IMG/VR virus record: IMGVR_UViG_3300020198_001070
Coordinates: 1 to 56,193 of that record
DNA from: a virus
Taxonomy: Duplodnaviria > Caudoviricetes
Direction: 5' to 3' (one strand)
DNA length: 56,193 bases
Positions 20,974 through 30,375 of this stretch are shown here, one piece after another. The translations under genes and the position numbers were made by a program. Numbering within the stretch: position 1 is the stretch's first letter; every line of letters begins with the position of its first letter. The notes under the pieces are model-generated. The model searched no databases and was not told where the DNA came from. It was given only the letters and a program-made list of their open reading frames with translations.

Positions 20974-23097
20974 ATGGATATGAATAAAATAACAGTAATC
21001 AAAAGAAATGGTTCTAAAGAACCATTAAATTTAGAAAAATGGCAACAACAGATTGCCAACGTTTGTTCAGGAATTGCAGATGTCAGTCAATCAATGATTG
21101 AAATCAAAAGTCAACCTCATTATTATGACGGCATTACTACTAAAGAAATCGATGAAATTACATTACGCGCTATCGTCGACTTAATCGATATAGAAGCAAA
21201 CCCAGATATAGGTCATACAAATTATCAATATGTAGCAGGTAAACAACGTTTATCAATGCTACGTAAAGATGTATACGGGCAATTTCAACCACTGCCATTA
21301 TATGAATTAGTTAAGAAAAATGTAGAAATTGGTCTTTATACACCAGAACTTTTAGAGTGGTACAATGAAGATGAATGGAATAAAATGGAGTTATTTATTG
21401 ACCATTCAAAAGATGAACAATATTCATACGCTGCCATTGAACAATTGATTGAAAAGTATCTTGTAAAAAATAGAGCAACTAAGGAAATTTTCGAAACTCC
21501 ACAAGTTCGTTACATGGTTGCTGCCGCAACAGTTTTTCATAAAGAAGAACCAAATTCGGCTAGGATGAAATATATCAAGGAATATTACAATGCTGCATCC
21601 GATGGCCTTTTTACTTTAGCCACCCCTGTACTTGCCGGTCTTGGTACGCCCACAAAACAATTTAGTAGTTGTGTTCTTATTCGCAGTGACGACGATCTTG
21701 ATAGTATTTTCGCCGCCGGTGAAATAATGGCGAAGTATGCTAGCAAACGTGCTGGCATAGGATTAGAAGTAGGTAGACTTCGTCCAGTAGGTTCACCTAT
21801 TAGAAATGGCGAAATCATGCATACCGGCTATATTCCTTTTCTTAAAAAATGGTATGGTGATTTAAGAAGTTGTTGTGTAACTCCTGAGACTTGGGTAGAG
21901 GTCATTGATGAGGGAGATTCCGATGAAATGGAAAAAACTAAAAAAATTCAAATTAAAGACCTAGCAGTAGGCATGAAGATTAAGACCAAAGACGAAACAG
22001 GTGAGATTGTTTTCAAAACAGTTACTAACAAATGGGACACAGTTGTCAAACAAGAAGACCAAGTTCGTTTGGAATTTGAGAATGGCGTGGTGTTAAACTG
22101 CTCGATAAATCACCCAATTATGTGTTTGGATGATGTCGGGTCAGTTGTCCAGAAGTTGCCAGATGCTCTAACACCTAAAGATCGTGTGTTAACTGAAGGC
22201 GGGTTTACACGGTTGCTAACTATTGATTTTGTTCAAGACAATGACGAAAACTACCTCGACATCACAGTAGAAAATACTCACACATTTTTTGCTTCTGGTT
22301 GTAAAGAAGGTCCAATGGTTCTGACTCATAATAGCCAGGGAGGTCTCAGAAATGCATCTGCTACAATTTTTTACCCAATCTGGCATTACCAATTTGATGA
22401 CCTTATTGTTCTTAAAAACAATCAAGGCACTGAAGAAACTAGAGTTCGTCATATGGACTACGGGGTCGTGTTATCAGCGTTCTTTTGGAGACGATGCAAA
22501 AACAAAGAAAACATAACATTCTTTGACCCAAACGAAGTTCCAGACTTATACGAAGCATTTTATCAAAATACATCTTTATTTGAAGAACTATATGTAAAAT
22601 ACGAAAAACGAAAAGACCTTCGTAAAAAAGTAATGAACGCAGAAGATGTATTCAAAGGTGGAATTTTAAAAGAACGCACTGATACCGGTAGAATTTACCT
22701 AGTGTTTATTGATAACGTAATGAACCAAGGACCATTTGATCCAGAATATCATACCATTTATCAATCTAATTTATGCTGTATAGCAGGTGATACAAAAGTA
22801 ACTTTCCAACATGAAAATGGAGGGGAAGAACAGATGTCTGTTTCGGATGCAGTTGAACGATTTAATTTAGGTGGATTATCTACTTCAAAAATTAAAAGTT
22901 TTAAGAATGGTGAAATTTCTTGGGAACATATTTCTGCAGCAATAGAAACAAAAACTGTTACAGAATTATATGAAATAGAAGACATATCTGGAAAAATTAT
23001 TAGATGTACAGGTGATCATTTAATTTATACAAAAAATCGAGGTTATGTTAGAGCAGATGAACTAATTGAAACCGACGTGTTATGTATAGAAAATTGA
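20974..23097 (+). CDS. nrdA: Ribonucleotide reductase Ia alpha, N-terminal gene (ATP cone; cis intein; ends in split-intein N half)
   Basis: VIKRNG ATP cone, TPTKQFSSCVL, ERTDTGRIY, YQSNLC. Confidence 0.95.
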   Translation: MDMNKITVIKRNGSKEPLNLEKWQQQIANVCSGIADVSQSMIEIKSQPHYYDGITTKEIDEITLRAIVDLIDIEANPDIGHTNYQYVAGKQRLSMLRKDVYGQFQPLPLYELVKKNVEIGLYTPELLEWYNEDEWNKMELFIDHSKDEQYSYAAIEQLIEKYLVKNRATKEIFETPQVRYMVAAATVFHKEEPNSARMKYIKEYYNAASDGLFTLATPVLAGLGTPTKQFSSCVLIRSDDDLDSIFAAGEIMAKYASKRAGIGLEVGRLRPVGSPIRNGEIMHTGYIPFLKKWYGDLRSCCVTPETWVEVIDEGDSDEMEKTKKIQIKDLAVGMKIKTKDETGEIVFKTVTNKWDTVVKQEDQVRLEFENGVVLNCSINHPIMCLDDVGSVVQKLPDALTPKDRVLTEGGFTRLLTIDFVQDNDENYLDITVENTHTFFASGCKEGPMVLTHNSQGGLRNASATIFYPIWHYQFDDLIVLKNNQGTEETRVRHMDYGVVLSAFFWRRCKNKENITFFDPNEVPDLYEAFYQNTSLFEELYVKYEKRKDLRKKVMNAEDVFKGGILKERTDTGRIYLVFIDNVMNQGPFDPEYHTIYQSNLCCIAGDTKVTFQHENGGEEQMSVSDAVERFNLGGLSTSKIKSFKNGEISWEHISAAIETKTVTELYEIEDISGKIIRCTGDHLIYTKNRGYVRADELIETDVLCIEN
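21874..22332 (+). other. Contiguous mini-intein (153 aa, no endonuclease) in NrdA
   Basis: LRSC|CVTPETWV...block B CSINHP...YLDITV...LTHN|SQGG; removal restores RSCSQGG. Confidence 0.9.
22777..23094 (+). other. Split intein N-fragment (106 aa)
   Basis: QSNLC|CIAGDTKV...IRCTGDHLIYTKNRGYVRADEL...stop. Confidence 0.9.
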
Positions 23098-23128
23098 TTA
23101 CCAACACAAATACATGTAGAGGTAAAAC

Positions 23129-23254
23129 ATGTATAAAGAACTTTATAAAATACTGATAGATAATGCGAAATTAGAAACCAGAATAAAAAATCAAGGAACA
23201 TATTATGAACAAAACCATGAGTTTGTTCAAGGAAGAATAAAAAATAATGATTAA
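23129..23254 (+). pseudogene. Probable collapsed free-standing homing endonuclease (41 aa)
   Basis: GAGGT RBS; MYKELYKILIDNAKLETRIKNQGTYYE joined to EFVQGRIK, resembling the two termini of phage HNH/NUMOD enzymes. Confidence 0.55.
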
Positions 23255-24332
23255 AATTAGAAAAATAATAGTTGAAGCAACAAAAGTATATGATATAACT
23301 GTTCCAGAAACCGAGTGTTTTTTTGCAAATGATATGTTGGTTCACAATTGTGAAATTTTACTTCCTACTAAACCATTTAAACGATTGGATGATGAAAGTG
23401 GCAGAATATCACTCTGTACCCTTGGCAGTCTGAATTGGGGTTCGTTTAGAAACCCAGAAGATATGCGTAGAGCTTGTAGAATTCTACATAGAAGTTTAAA
23501 TAATATTCTTGATTACCAGGACTTCTTATCAATACAAAGTAAATTAAGTAATGATGAAATTAGACCAATCGGAATTGGTATTACTAATTTAGCATATTGG
23601 GCAGCTAAACGTGGGTTTAAATATGGTGAACCTGATATGTTGGCCGAAGTTAAAAGTTGGATGGAACATCAAGCATACTACTTAACTGAATCCAGTGTTG
23701 AATTAGCCGAAGAACGTGGTCCGTGTTTACATAGTGATAAAACCAGATATGGACAGGGTATATTCCCTTGGGAATTACGTGCAGCCGGTGTTAATGAATT
23801 AACAGATTTCACCCCCGAATTACCTTGGGAACCATTACGTGACAGAATAAAAGTAAGTGGTGTTCGCAATGCCACACAAATGGCTATTGCACCAGTTGAG
23901 AGTTCTAGCGTTGTAATAAATTCAACTAATGGAATTGAAATGCCAATGCAATTAATCCAAACTAAAGAATCTAAATCTGGGTCATTAACACAAGTAGTTC
24001 CAGAATACCACAAATTGAAAACCAAATATCAATTATTATGGGAACAAACTGATTGTATCGGATATTTAAAAACAGCTGCTGTTTTAGCTGCTTTTACCGA
24101 CCAATCAATCAGTACCAATACTTTTTACAATCCTGCACATTTCCCAGATAGAAAAGTGCCAACAACATTGATTGCTAAAAACTTAATGTTAGCTCACTAT
24201 TTTGGGCTAAAAACTCTGTACTATTCGCTCGTAAGCAAACAAGGTAGTAAAGTAGATGATGTTGTTGACTTACCAAGAGGTGTTGATATCAATGACGATG
24301 ATGAAGATGAATGTATTGCATGTAAATTATAA
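23247..24332 (+). CDS. nrdA: RNR alpha C-terminal gene, starting with a 34-aa split-intein C-fragment (23247..23348)
   Basis: VYDITVPETECFFANDMLVHN|CEILLPTKP; LKTLYY; C-terminal CIAC. Confidence 0.95.
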   Translation: MIKIRKIIVEATKVYDITVPETECFFANDMLVHNCEILLPTKPFKRLDDESGRISLCTLGSLNWGSFRNPEDMRRACRILHRSLNNILDYQDFLSIQSKLSNDEIRPIGIGITNLAYWAAKRGFKYGEPDMLAEVKSWMEHQAYYLTESSVELAEERGPCLHSDKTRYGQGIFPWELRAAGVNELTDFTPELPWEPLRDRIKVSGVRNATQMAIAPVESSSVVINSTNGIEMPMQLIQTKESKSGSLTQVVPEYHKLKTKYQLLWEQTDCIGYLKTAAVLAAFTDQSISTNTFYNPAHFPDRKVPTTLIAKNLMLAHYFGLKTLYYSLVSKQGSKVDDVVDLPRGVDINDDDEDECIACKL

Positions 24333-24495
24333 TGTAATAAATAATAGGATTAGTAGTTTCAATTACAGATAAAAATCCAAAGTGGTCGGGTAAAAGTCCA
24401 TATGCATTTGAATTATATAATAATATTTTAAAAGATAATAATAGTTCAGTTAGATTTTTAAGTGATACACAACTCAGTGATGAGGGATATAACTT

Positions 24496-24735
24496 ATGGA
24501 GAAGACTATTTCATATGGTCATAATGTTTCGGTATATGATAGAGAAAATCCTGGTGCAAGTTTTAAAACATTCAAATCACAGAAAGAAATGGATAACTAC
24601 TTTGCAAACGATGACACAAATTTTGAAAGATATCAATATATTTTGTCAGAAAGTGGCGAAATGTTAGCAGAAACTTGTAGTTACTTCAATACAAGACAAT
24701 ATAGAGAATTAAGCGGATTAAATTTAAAGGATTAA
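24496..24735 (+). CDS. Hypothetical protein
   Basis: GAGGG RBS; between nrdA and nrdB. Confidence 0.5.
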   Translation: MEKTISYGHNVSVYDRENPGASFKTFKSQKEMDNYFANDDTNFERYQYILSESGEMLAETCSYFNTRQYRELSGLNLKD

Positions 24736-24736
24736 T

Positions 24737-25837
24737 ATGAGTACACAACAATATGATTTAAGTAAACATTCTGATTATTTAAATCGAAAAATGTTTTTAG
24801 ATCCAGCTGGGCCGGTTGTCATACAGAGGTTTGAGGAGGTGAAATATAATAAATTAGCCAACTTTGAACAAACACAACGTGGTTTCTTTTGGGTTCCAGA
24901 AGAAATTAATCTATCCAAGGATAAAGTTGATTTTAAAGAAGCCAGTGAAGCAGTTAAACATATTTTCACCAGTAATTTGTTAAGACAAACAGCATTGGAT
25001 AGTTTACAAGGTAGAGCACCTGTTCAAATTTTTAGTCCAGTATGTGGCATTCCAGAATTAGAAGCACTTGCTGCAGTTTGGAGTTTTTTTGAAACAAATA
25101 TTCATAGTCGTAGCTATAGTCATATTATTCGCAATATCTATAATGTACCAAAAGAAATATTCAATACCATTCATGATACACAAGAAATTGTTGACATGGC
25201 AGCTAGTATTGGTAAATACTATAACAAATTGCATATTATAAATTGTAAAAAAGAATTAGGCATTGAAGTATCAGAACATGATCACCTTACAGCAATTTGG
25301 CTAGCATTACACGCCAGTTATGCATTAGAAGCATTCCGGTTTATGGTATCATTTGCTACTAGCTTGGCTATGGTCGAAAACAAATTGTTCATTGGCAACG
25401 GCAGTATTATTGCACTTATTTTACAAGATGAATTATTACATAGAGATTGGACTTCTTGGATTATTAATCAAGTCGTAAAAGAAGATAGTAGATTTATTGA
25501 TATAAAAGAAGAATGTGAAACCGAAGTATATTCTATGTATATGGATGTAATTAGAGAAGAAAAAGAATGGGCTGATTACTTGTTTAAAAAAGGTCCTGTA
25601 ATTGGACTTAATGCTAATATTTTAAAAGACTTTGTTGATTATACTGCAGTATTGGCATTAAAAGAAATTGGAATTAAATATCAGCATGCTGCACCCAAAA
25701 CTACCCCTATCCCGTGGTTTTCCCGGCATAGTGACCCAAGTAAAAAACAAGCAGCGTTACAAGAAACCGAAAGTGTAAATTATGTGATAGGGGTAATGTC
25801 GGGTGATTTGAATTATGATGAATTACCAAATATTTAA
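24737..25837 (+). CDS. nrdB: Ribonucleotide reductase Ia beta subunit
   Basis: FFWVPEEI, LDSLQGR, ETNIHSRSY, LEAFRF, DELLH, ALQETE. Confidence 0.95.
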   Translation: MSTQQYDLSKHSDYLNRKMFLDPAGPVVIQRFEEVKYNKLANFEQTQRGFFWVPEEINLSKDKVDFKEASEAVKHIFTSNLLRQTALDSLQGRAPVQIFSPVCGIPELEALAAVWSFFETNIHSRSYSHIIRNIYNVPKEIFNTIHDTQEIVDMAASIGKYYNKLHIINCKKELGIEVSEHDHLTAIWLALHASYALEAFRFMVSFATSLAMVENKLFIGNGSIIALILQDELLHRDWTSWIINQVVKEDSRFIDIKEECETEVYSMYMDVIREEKEWADYLFKKGPVIGLNANILKDFVDYTAVLALKEIGIKYQHAAPKTTPIPWFSRHSDPSKKQAALQETESVNYVIGVMSGDLNYDELPNI

Positions 25838-25846
25838 GGCGAAATT

Positions 25847-26371
25847 ATGAGTTCTTTAATAGACAAAGAAAAACAAAAAATTAATAAATTAGAAGAAATA
25901 TTAATCAATATCGATGTGTCGGCCAACAGATCTACAGAAATGGTTGAACAAGAACTTACCAAAGCGAAAAGTAAGTTGAAAATACTAGAATTAAATGATC
26001 CGTCAATTGAACTTATCAATGAAATGAAAATCATTAATACCCACGCAAAAGCAGTATATGAGAAATACGATTTCAAAACAGTACAAGGATTGTATAAAGT
26101 TGCAGAGTTATTTGATAAATCATATATAACGAAACCAGTGGCAGTTAAAATTCGTAAATACATCATGGATAATATCAATGCCCCGGTATGTAGTATTTTT
26201 AGCACTAAAAAACAAGAGTTAGGTGAAATGCCCAAACATACAAGCTATCAAGACCGCCAAGACCGTCAAGTTTTGAAAGAAATTAAAAAATTTATGGATA
26301 CAGTGGACCAGTACAACATTACTAAAGTATCATTTATTGATAAAATTAAACACAAATTAAAATTTAATTAA
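25847..26371 (+). CDS. Hypothetical protein
   Basis: ORF track. Confidence 0.55.
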   Translation: MSSLIDKEKQKINKLEEILINIDVSANRSTEMVEQELTKAKSKLKILELNDPSIELINEMKIINTHAKAVYEKYDFKTVQGLYKVAELFDKSYITKPVAVKIRKYIMDNINAPVCSIFSTKKQELGEMPKHTSYQDRQDRQVLKEIKKFMDTVDQYNITKVSFIDKIKHKLKFN

Positions 26372-26381
26372 GGATAAGCAA

Positions 26382-26549
26382 ATGGCAAAAATTAAAGAAG
26401 AAATATATGTAATAAAATTAAGTAAATTAGTCAGCGATAAAACTGCTGACCTAGAAACAATTGCTGATTCGGATTTTAATGCAAATTTACAAGCAATTGT
26501 TCAAGAAATGATTGGCACAAATATAATCGTTGAAATCGAGGCAGCATAA
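26382..26549 (+). CDS. 55-aa hypothetical protein, not in the ORF track
   Basis: AAGGA RBS; MAKIKEEIYVIKLSKLV...IIVEIEAA; stop overlaps the grx start. Confidence 0.6.
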   Translation: MAKIKEEIYVIKLSKLVSDKTADLETIADSDFNANLQAIVQEMIGTNIIVEIEAA

Positions 26550-26836
26550 TGAACGAAACACCAATTGATTATGCAGTAGAAGCATCAGACCCATCACTAC
26601 CAAAATTAGCGATTGTTTGGAGTAACACAAATTGTTCATTTTGTGAACAAGCCAAAAACCTATTAAAACTGAATGGATACGAGTATGAAGAACGCAATCT
26701 TGCAAGTGGAAATTGGACCAAAGAACAATTATTAGAAGTTGCACCAACTGCACGTGCTGTACCACAAATTTTTATTGATGGTAATCACATTGGTGGATTT
26801 ACAGAATTAAGACAATATTTACAAGAGGCAATATGA
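26549..26836 (+). CDS. Glutaredoxin
   Basis: CSFC, AVPQIFIDG..IGGF. Confidence 0.9.
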   Translation: MNETPIDYAVEASDPSLPKLAIVWSNTNCSFCEQAKNLLKLNGYEYEERNLASGNWTKEQLLEVAPTARAVPQIFIDGNHIGGFTELRQYLQEAI

Positions 26837-27123
26837 TTATAGATAAAGGATTATCAGTTGGTGAAGTAATAACCATTAAATTGACATCTGGGGAAGAACT
26901 TTTAGCAATATTACTTGAAGAAGGTTCCACTTATTTAAAAGTTTCTAAACCAAGAGCATTGACTAGTACAAAAGAAGGTGGGATTGGTATGGTACCTTTT
27001 GTATTTACAATAGATCCTGACAAAGATGTCAAGATTTATAGAACTACAATTATTGTAGCCGAACCAGCGGAAAAAGAATTTGCTAGATCATATACATCAG
27101 CAACGACAGGAATTATCACATAA
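26833..27123 (+). CDS. Sm-like fold hypothetical protein
   Basis: TIKLTSGEEL motif. Confidence 0.6.
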   Translation: MIIDKGLSVGEVITIKLTSGEELLAILLEEGSTYLKVSKPRALTSTKEGGIGMVPFVFTIDPDKDVKIYRTTIIVAEPAEKEFARSYTSATTGIIT

Positions 27124-27386
27124 TGCCTGGGGTTTCGCGAGTAAATCAAGATAAAGCAGGTGATACTATTACTGGAAATTTGGCTCCAACCGTTTTTGTA
27201 AATAACAAACCAATTGCGGTAAAAGGTGCTGCGGTAAAGGGGCATGGCAAATCACCACATAAAAATCCAACCATGTCTGGGCATAGTGCATCCGTATTTG
27301 CAAATAATATTGCAATTTGTAGAGCTGGCGATACAGCATCATGTGGCCATGCTGCAACCGGTAGTGGTGATGTAAATGCTGGTTAA
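27123..27386 (+). CDS. PAAR-repeat spike-tip protein
   Basis: VFVNNKPIA..G, HGKSPH, ICRAGD..SCGH. Confidence 0.85.
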   Translation: MPGVSRVNQDKAGDTITGNLAPTVFVNNKPIAVKGAAVKGHGKSPHKNPTMSGHSASVFANNIAICRAGDTASCGHAATGSGDVNAG

Positions 27387-27466
27387 TATGTTATTCTGTT
27401 AAAATATAGGAAGTTAATCGAATCTATGATGAAGGTAAATACTTTATCATAGATTTGGAAAAATTA

Positions 27467-27685
27467 ATGAAGCTTCTTATCAATTCCCCGTTTGAGCTTG
27501 ATGTAGAATTGGTCGACCAGATGCCCAGCTATTTGAAAGTATCACGCAATTGGGTTTCTAGACAACTAGTTGAACTTCCTAGTTCAGAAATGCCACATCT
27601 TATTAACTTGTTGAATTATTGTTCACCACAGTTCAACAACACTGCTATTTCAATTATAGACAAAGTAACACTGGCTTGGGGTTGA
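27467..27685 (+). CDS. Hypothetical protein
   Basis: ORF track; start at MKLLIN. Confidence 0.5.
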   Translation: MKLLINSPFELDVELVDQMPSYLKVSRNWVSRQLVELPSSEMPHLINLLNYCSPQFNNTAISIIDKVTLAWG

Positions 27686-27710
27686 CAAATTAATTATATA
27701 GTAGTATAAT
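27682..27710 (+). promoter_or_regulatory. Sigma70 consensus promoter
   Basis: TTGACA-17 bp-TATAAT. Confidence 0.8.
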
Positions 27711-27789
27711 TTTCATACTCAAACGTGTAAATATTAATAATATATCAGTTTTACACTATCTTGCGTTATGCAATGATATATACAATACG

Positions 27790-28012
27790 TTTCGTAAGAA
27801 ACTAAGAGTAGTTGGGTCATTTTTGAAGGCTAAAATGATCCCGCGAGTCTTGGCCAATGAAGAAACCCGAAAGTCGGGAAGCCATACTCGCCTAAGCAAT
27901 AACCTGTAGGGTGGTTATTGCTGATGGAGAAAACGCCAGTGACATAAGGGTCAAATCTTTGGCAGTTATCTCCCTTAATGTAATGTATCGCTAGTACAGG
28001 ATACACCAAGTG
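27790..28012 (+). ncRNA. Multi-helix structured leader RNA upstream of rlpA (family unassigned)
   Basis: At least five helices, e.g. GCGAGT/ACTCGC, AGCAATAACC/GGTTATTGCT, GGAGA/TCTCC. Confidence 0.55.
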
Positions 28013-28025
28013 AAAGGAGAAAAAA

Positions 28026-28529
28026 ATGAAAAATTCACTTATAATACTAGCTATTGCAGTTAGCTTAATGTCTTCGCTTACTTATGCGAAAGAACATACC
28101 AATGGTCATCAAGTGGTATCAAAAAAAGCAATACCAAAACACGACAAAAAAATTGGCATCATTCATAACAAACGGAATACGATTGTTAAAAAAGCAAATA
28201 AAAAACCTATTAAACATTTTGCGGTTAATAAAAACCCAATAAAGAAATATAATGTAGTTGGTATTGCAAGTTGGTATGGGTATGAATCTGGACCGCGTAC
28301 CGCAAGTGGGGCGTATTTCAATCCCAAAAAATTAACTGCTGCACATCGCTATATTGCTTTTGGAACTAAAGTTAAAGTTACCAATCTTAAAAATAATAAA
28401 TCCGTCGTAGTTGTTATCAATGATAGGGGTCCTTTCATAAAAGGTCGTATTATTGATTTATCAAAAGCCGCTGCCATTGAAATTGGTATAAAAGGTACCG
28501 AAAAGGTATCATTAAATATTGTTAATTAA
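28026..28529 (+). CDS. rlpA: RlpA-family (DPBB) lytic transglycosylase
   Basis: [34 protein letters not shown]; signal peptide. Confidence 0.9.
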   Translation: MKNSLIILAIAVSLMSSLTYAKEHTNGHQVVSKKAIPKHDKKIGIIHNKRNTIVKKANKKPIKHFAVNKNPIKKYNVVGIASWYGYESGPRTASGAYFNPKKLTAAHRYIAFGTKVKVTNLKNNKSVVVVINDRGPFIKGRIIDLSKAAAIEIGIKGTEKVSLNIVN

Positions 28530-28630
28530 CGAATAAATATCTATCATGGTTCATTCACATACTGTCATTGACAATCATTTCAACACAGTTTTATCAGTGA
28601 TTAGCGCTGGGCAAGTGTGAGGGAAATAGT

Positions 28631-29614
28631 ATGATGTTTGTATCGTTTACACTGATAGTAGCAATATTAATTTCTATGGTTAGTGCATTTTATTCAGTGT
28701 TGGGGTTAACTGTAATATTTTCTGCATCTTTTTGGCCAATAGTTATTATGGGCAGTGTATTAGAGGTAGGGAAAATTACTTCTACAATTTGGTTGCATAA
28801 ATATTGGGATACCGCATCCTGGTATCTAAAGGCATATCTTATACCGGCTATTATCGGGTTAATGTTAATAACATCAATTGGGGTATATGGGTTTTTATCA
28901 AAAGCTCACTCTGACCAAGCCGTTCCCGCTGGTGATATTGTTGACAAAGTATCTATTATCGATGAAAAAATAAAAACGTATAAAGATAACATTGACACTG
29001 CTAGAAAAGCAGTACTACAAATGGATTCATCGGTAGATCAAATTATGGCTAGAACAACATCCGAACAAGGTGCATCACGGGCTGTTCGGATTAGAAAAAC
29101 ACAAGCAAAAGAACGAGCACAATTACAACAAGAAATTACACAAGCACAGCGTGAAATAGCAAAATTACGTGAAGAACGTGCCCCAATTGCAACTGATCTA
29201 AGAAAAATAGAAGCAGAAGTTGGTCCTCTAAAATATATTGCTGCATTAATATATGGTGATGCAGTAGATTCAACTATGTTAGACAGGGCAGTACGCTGGC
29301 TGATTATATTACTTGTTTCAGTATTTGATCCGTTGGCGGTAATATTATTGTTGGCTTGTCAACATAGCTTTGACGAAATTAATAAACGTCAAATAGTCAA
29401 TTTAATCCAACCAGGTCACAATAAGCCAGTTCCTCTAGAAGAAATTAAACAAAATGTTGATAATTCACTAGTCACAGGGATAAATAATACAGGTACTGAA
29501 TTTCCAGATAACCCCGTGCAAGGGTATTCGTTCATACGTACTGATTTTAACCCACCCAAAGAGTTTACCTATAACGGAAGTCAATGGGTCGATACACAGA
29601 GTTACCACCAATAA
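28631..29614 (+). CDS. Membrane protein with long coiled coil
   Basis: 3 N-terminal TMs, EAEVGPLKYIA, VFDPLAV TM. Confidence 0.7.
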   Translation: MMFVSFTLIVAILISMVSAFYSVLGLTVIFSASFWPIVIMGSVLEVGKITSTIWLHKYWDTASWYLKAYLIPAIIGLMLITSIGVYGFLSKAHSDQAVPAGDIVDKVSIIDEKIKTYKDNIDTARKAVLQMDSSVDQIMARTTSEQGASRAVRIRKTQAKERAQLQQEITQAQREIAKLREERAPIATDLRKIEAEVGPLKYIAALIYGDAVDSTMLDRAVRWLIILLVSVFDPLAVILLLACQHSFDEINKRQIVNLIQPGHNKPVPLEEIKQNVDNSLVTGINNTGTEFPDNPVQGYSFIRTDFNPPKEFTYNGSQWVDTQSYHQ

Positions 29615-29623
29615 GAAGGATAC

Positions 29624-30040
29624 ATGAATCTAGGTAGAATCACCGTAATAACGCCACCAGATAAACTATTTAATTTAAATATAAGTTATCTATTAATCAG
29701 CCCAACGTTGCATGTAAAACACCAATTTCAATCAATATTAAGTAAAAGTGTCGATGACTTAAACGTATTTATTTTTGAAAATGATGAATCGGACATTGAT
29801 TGGTTACTTAGTGTAGCGCATGTAGTAGATGTAGTAATAATTGATATAGACAATTGTAATAATATTGTCAAAAATTTTATTTCATTCTTGTTAAGCCAAC
29901 CAAATGTTCATTATATAACAAATGATGAATTAACCCCATATAATTTAATATCCAAAAATAGAATTTTCAACCTAGATTGGATCATTGAACAACTAGAAAA
30001 TACAGAGGACGATGAAGATGATGATGAATCAGAAGACTAG
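29624..30040 (+). CDS. Hypothetical phage protein
   Basis: ITPPD motif, acidic tail. Confidence 0.65.
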   Translation: MNLGRITVITPPDKLFNLNISYLLISPTLHVKHQFQSILSKSVDDLNVFIFENDESDIDWLLSVAHVVDVVIIDIDNCNNIVKNFISFLLSQPNVHYITNDELTPYNLISKNRIFNLDWIIEQLENTEDDEDDDESED

Positions 30041-30248
30041 AACTGGTATTTATATTAAAGATAGCGATAATATAAACCAAGCACTACGAAAATTTAAAAA
30101 GAAAGTAGAAGAAAGTGGTAAATTAGATGACCTACGGACCAAGGAATATTATGAAAAACCAACTACTGAACGCAAACGGGCCAACGGAGCTGCAAAGGCC
30201 AGGCTAAAGAAAAAACTTCAAAAAGAAGCATTACCAAAAAAACGGTAA
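30012..30248 (+). CDS. rpsU: Ribosomal protein bS21
   Basis: NINQALRKFKKKVEESG...KEYYEKPTTERKR. Confidence 0.9.
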   Translation: MKMMMNQKTRTGIYIKDSDNINQALRKFKKKVEESGKLDDLRTKEYYEKPTTERKRANGAAKARLKKKLQKEALPKKR

Positions 30249-30278
30249 CAGAATGGGAATAATTATTCCCATTTTTAC

Positions 30279-30307
30279 TTGACAAAGTGTGTATTATTTT
30301 ATATAAT
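30279..30307 (+). promoter_or_regulatory. Sigma70 consensus promoter, just after a terminator hairpin at about 30252-30276
   Basis: TTGACA-17 bp-TATAAT. Confidence 0.8.
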
Positions 30308-30375
30308 ACACGCGTAATTGGAAATGAATTCCAATTTATATGGAAATTTAAAACTTAGGCACAAGGAATAGGCAC

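Noticed and set aside
23098-23246. Group I intron or assembly frameshift in nrdA
   Set aside because: Intein motifs on both sides explain the break, and the gap is short and unstructured
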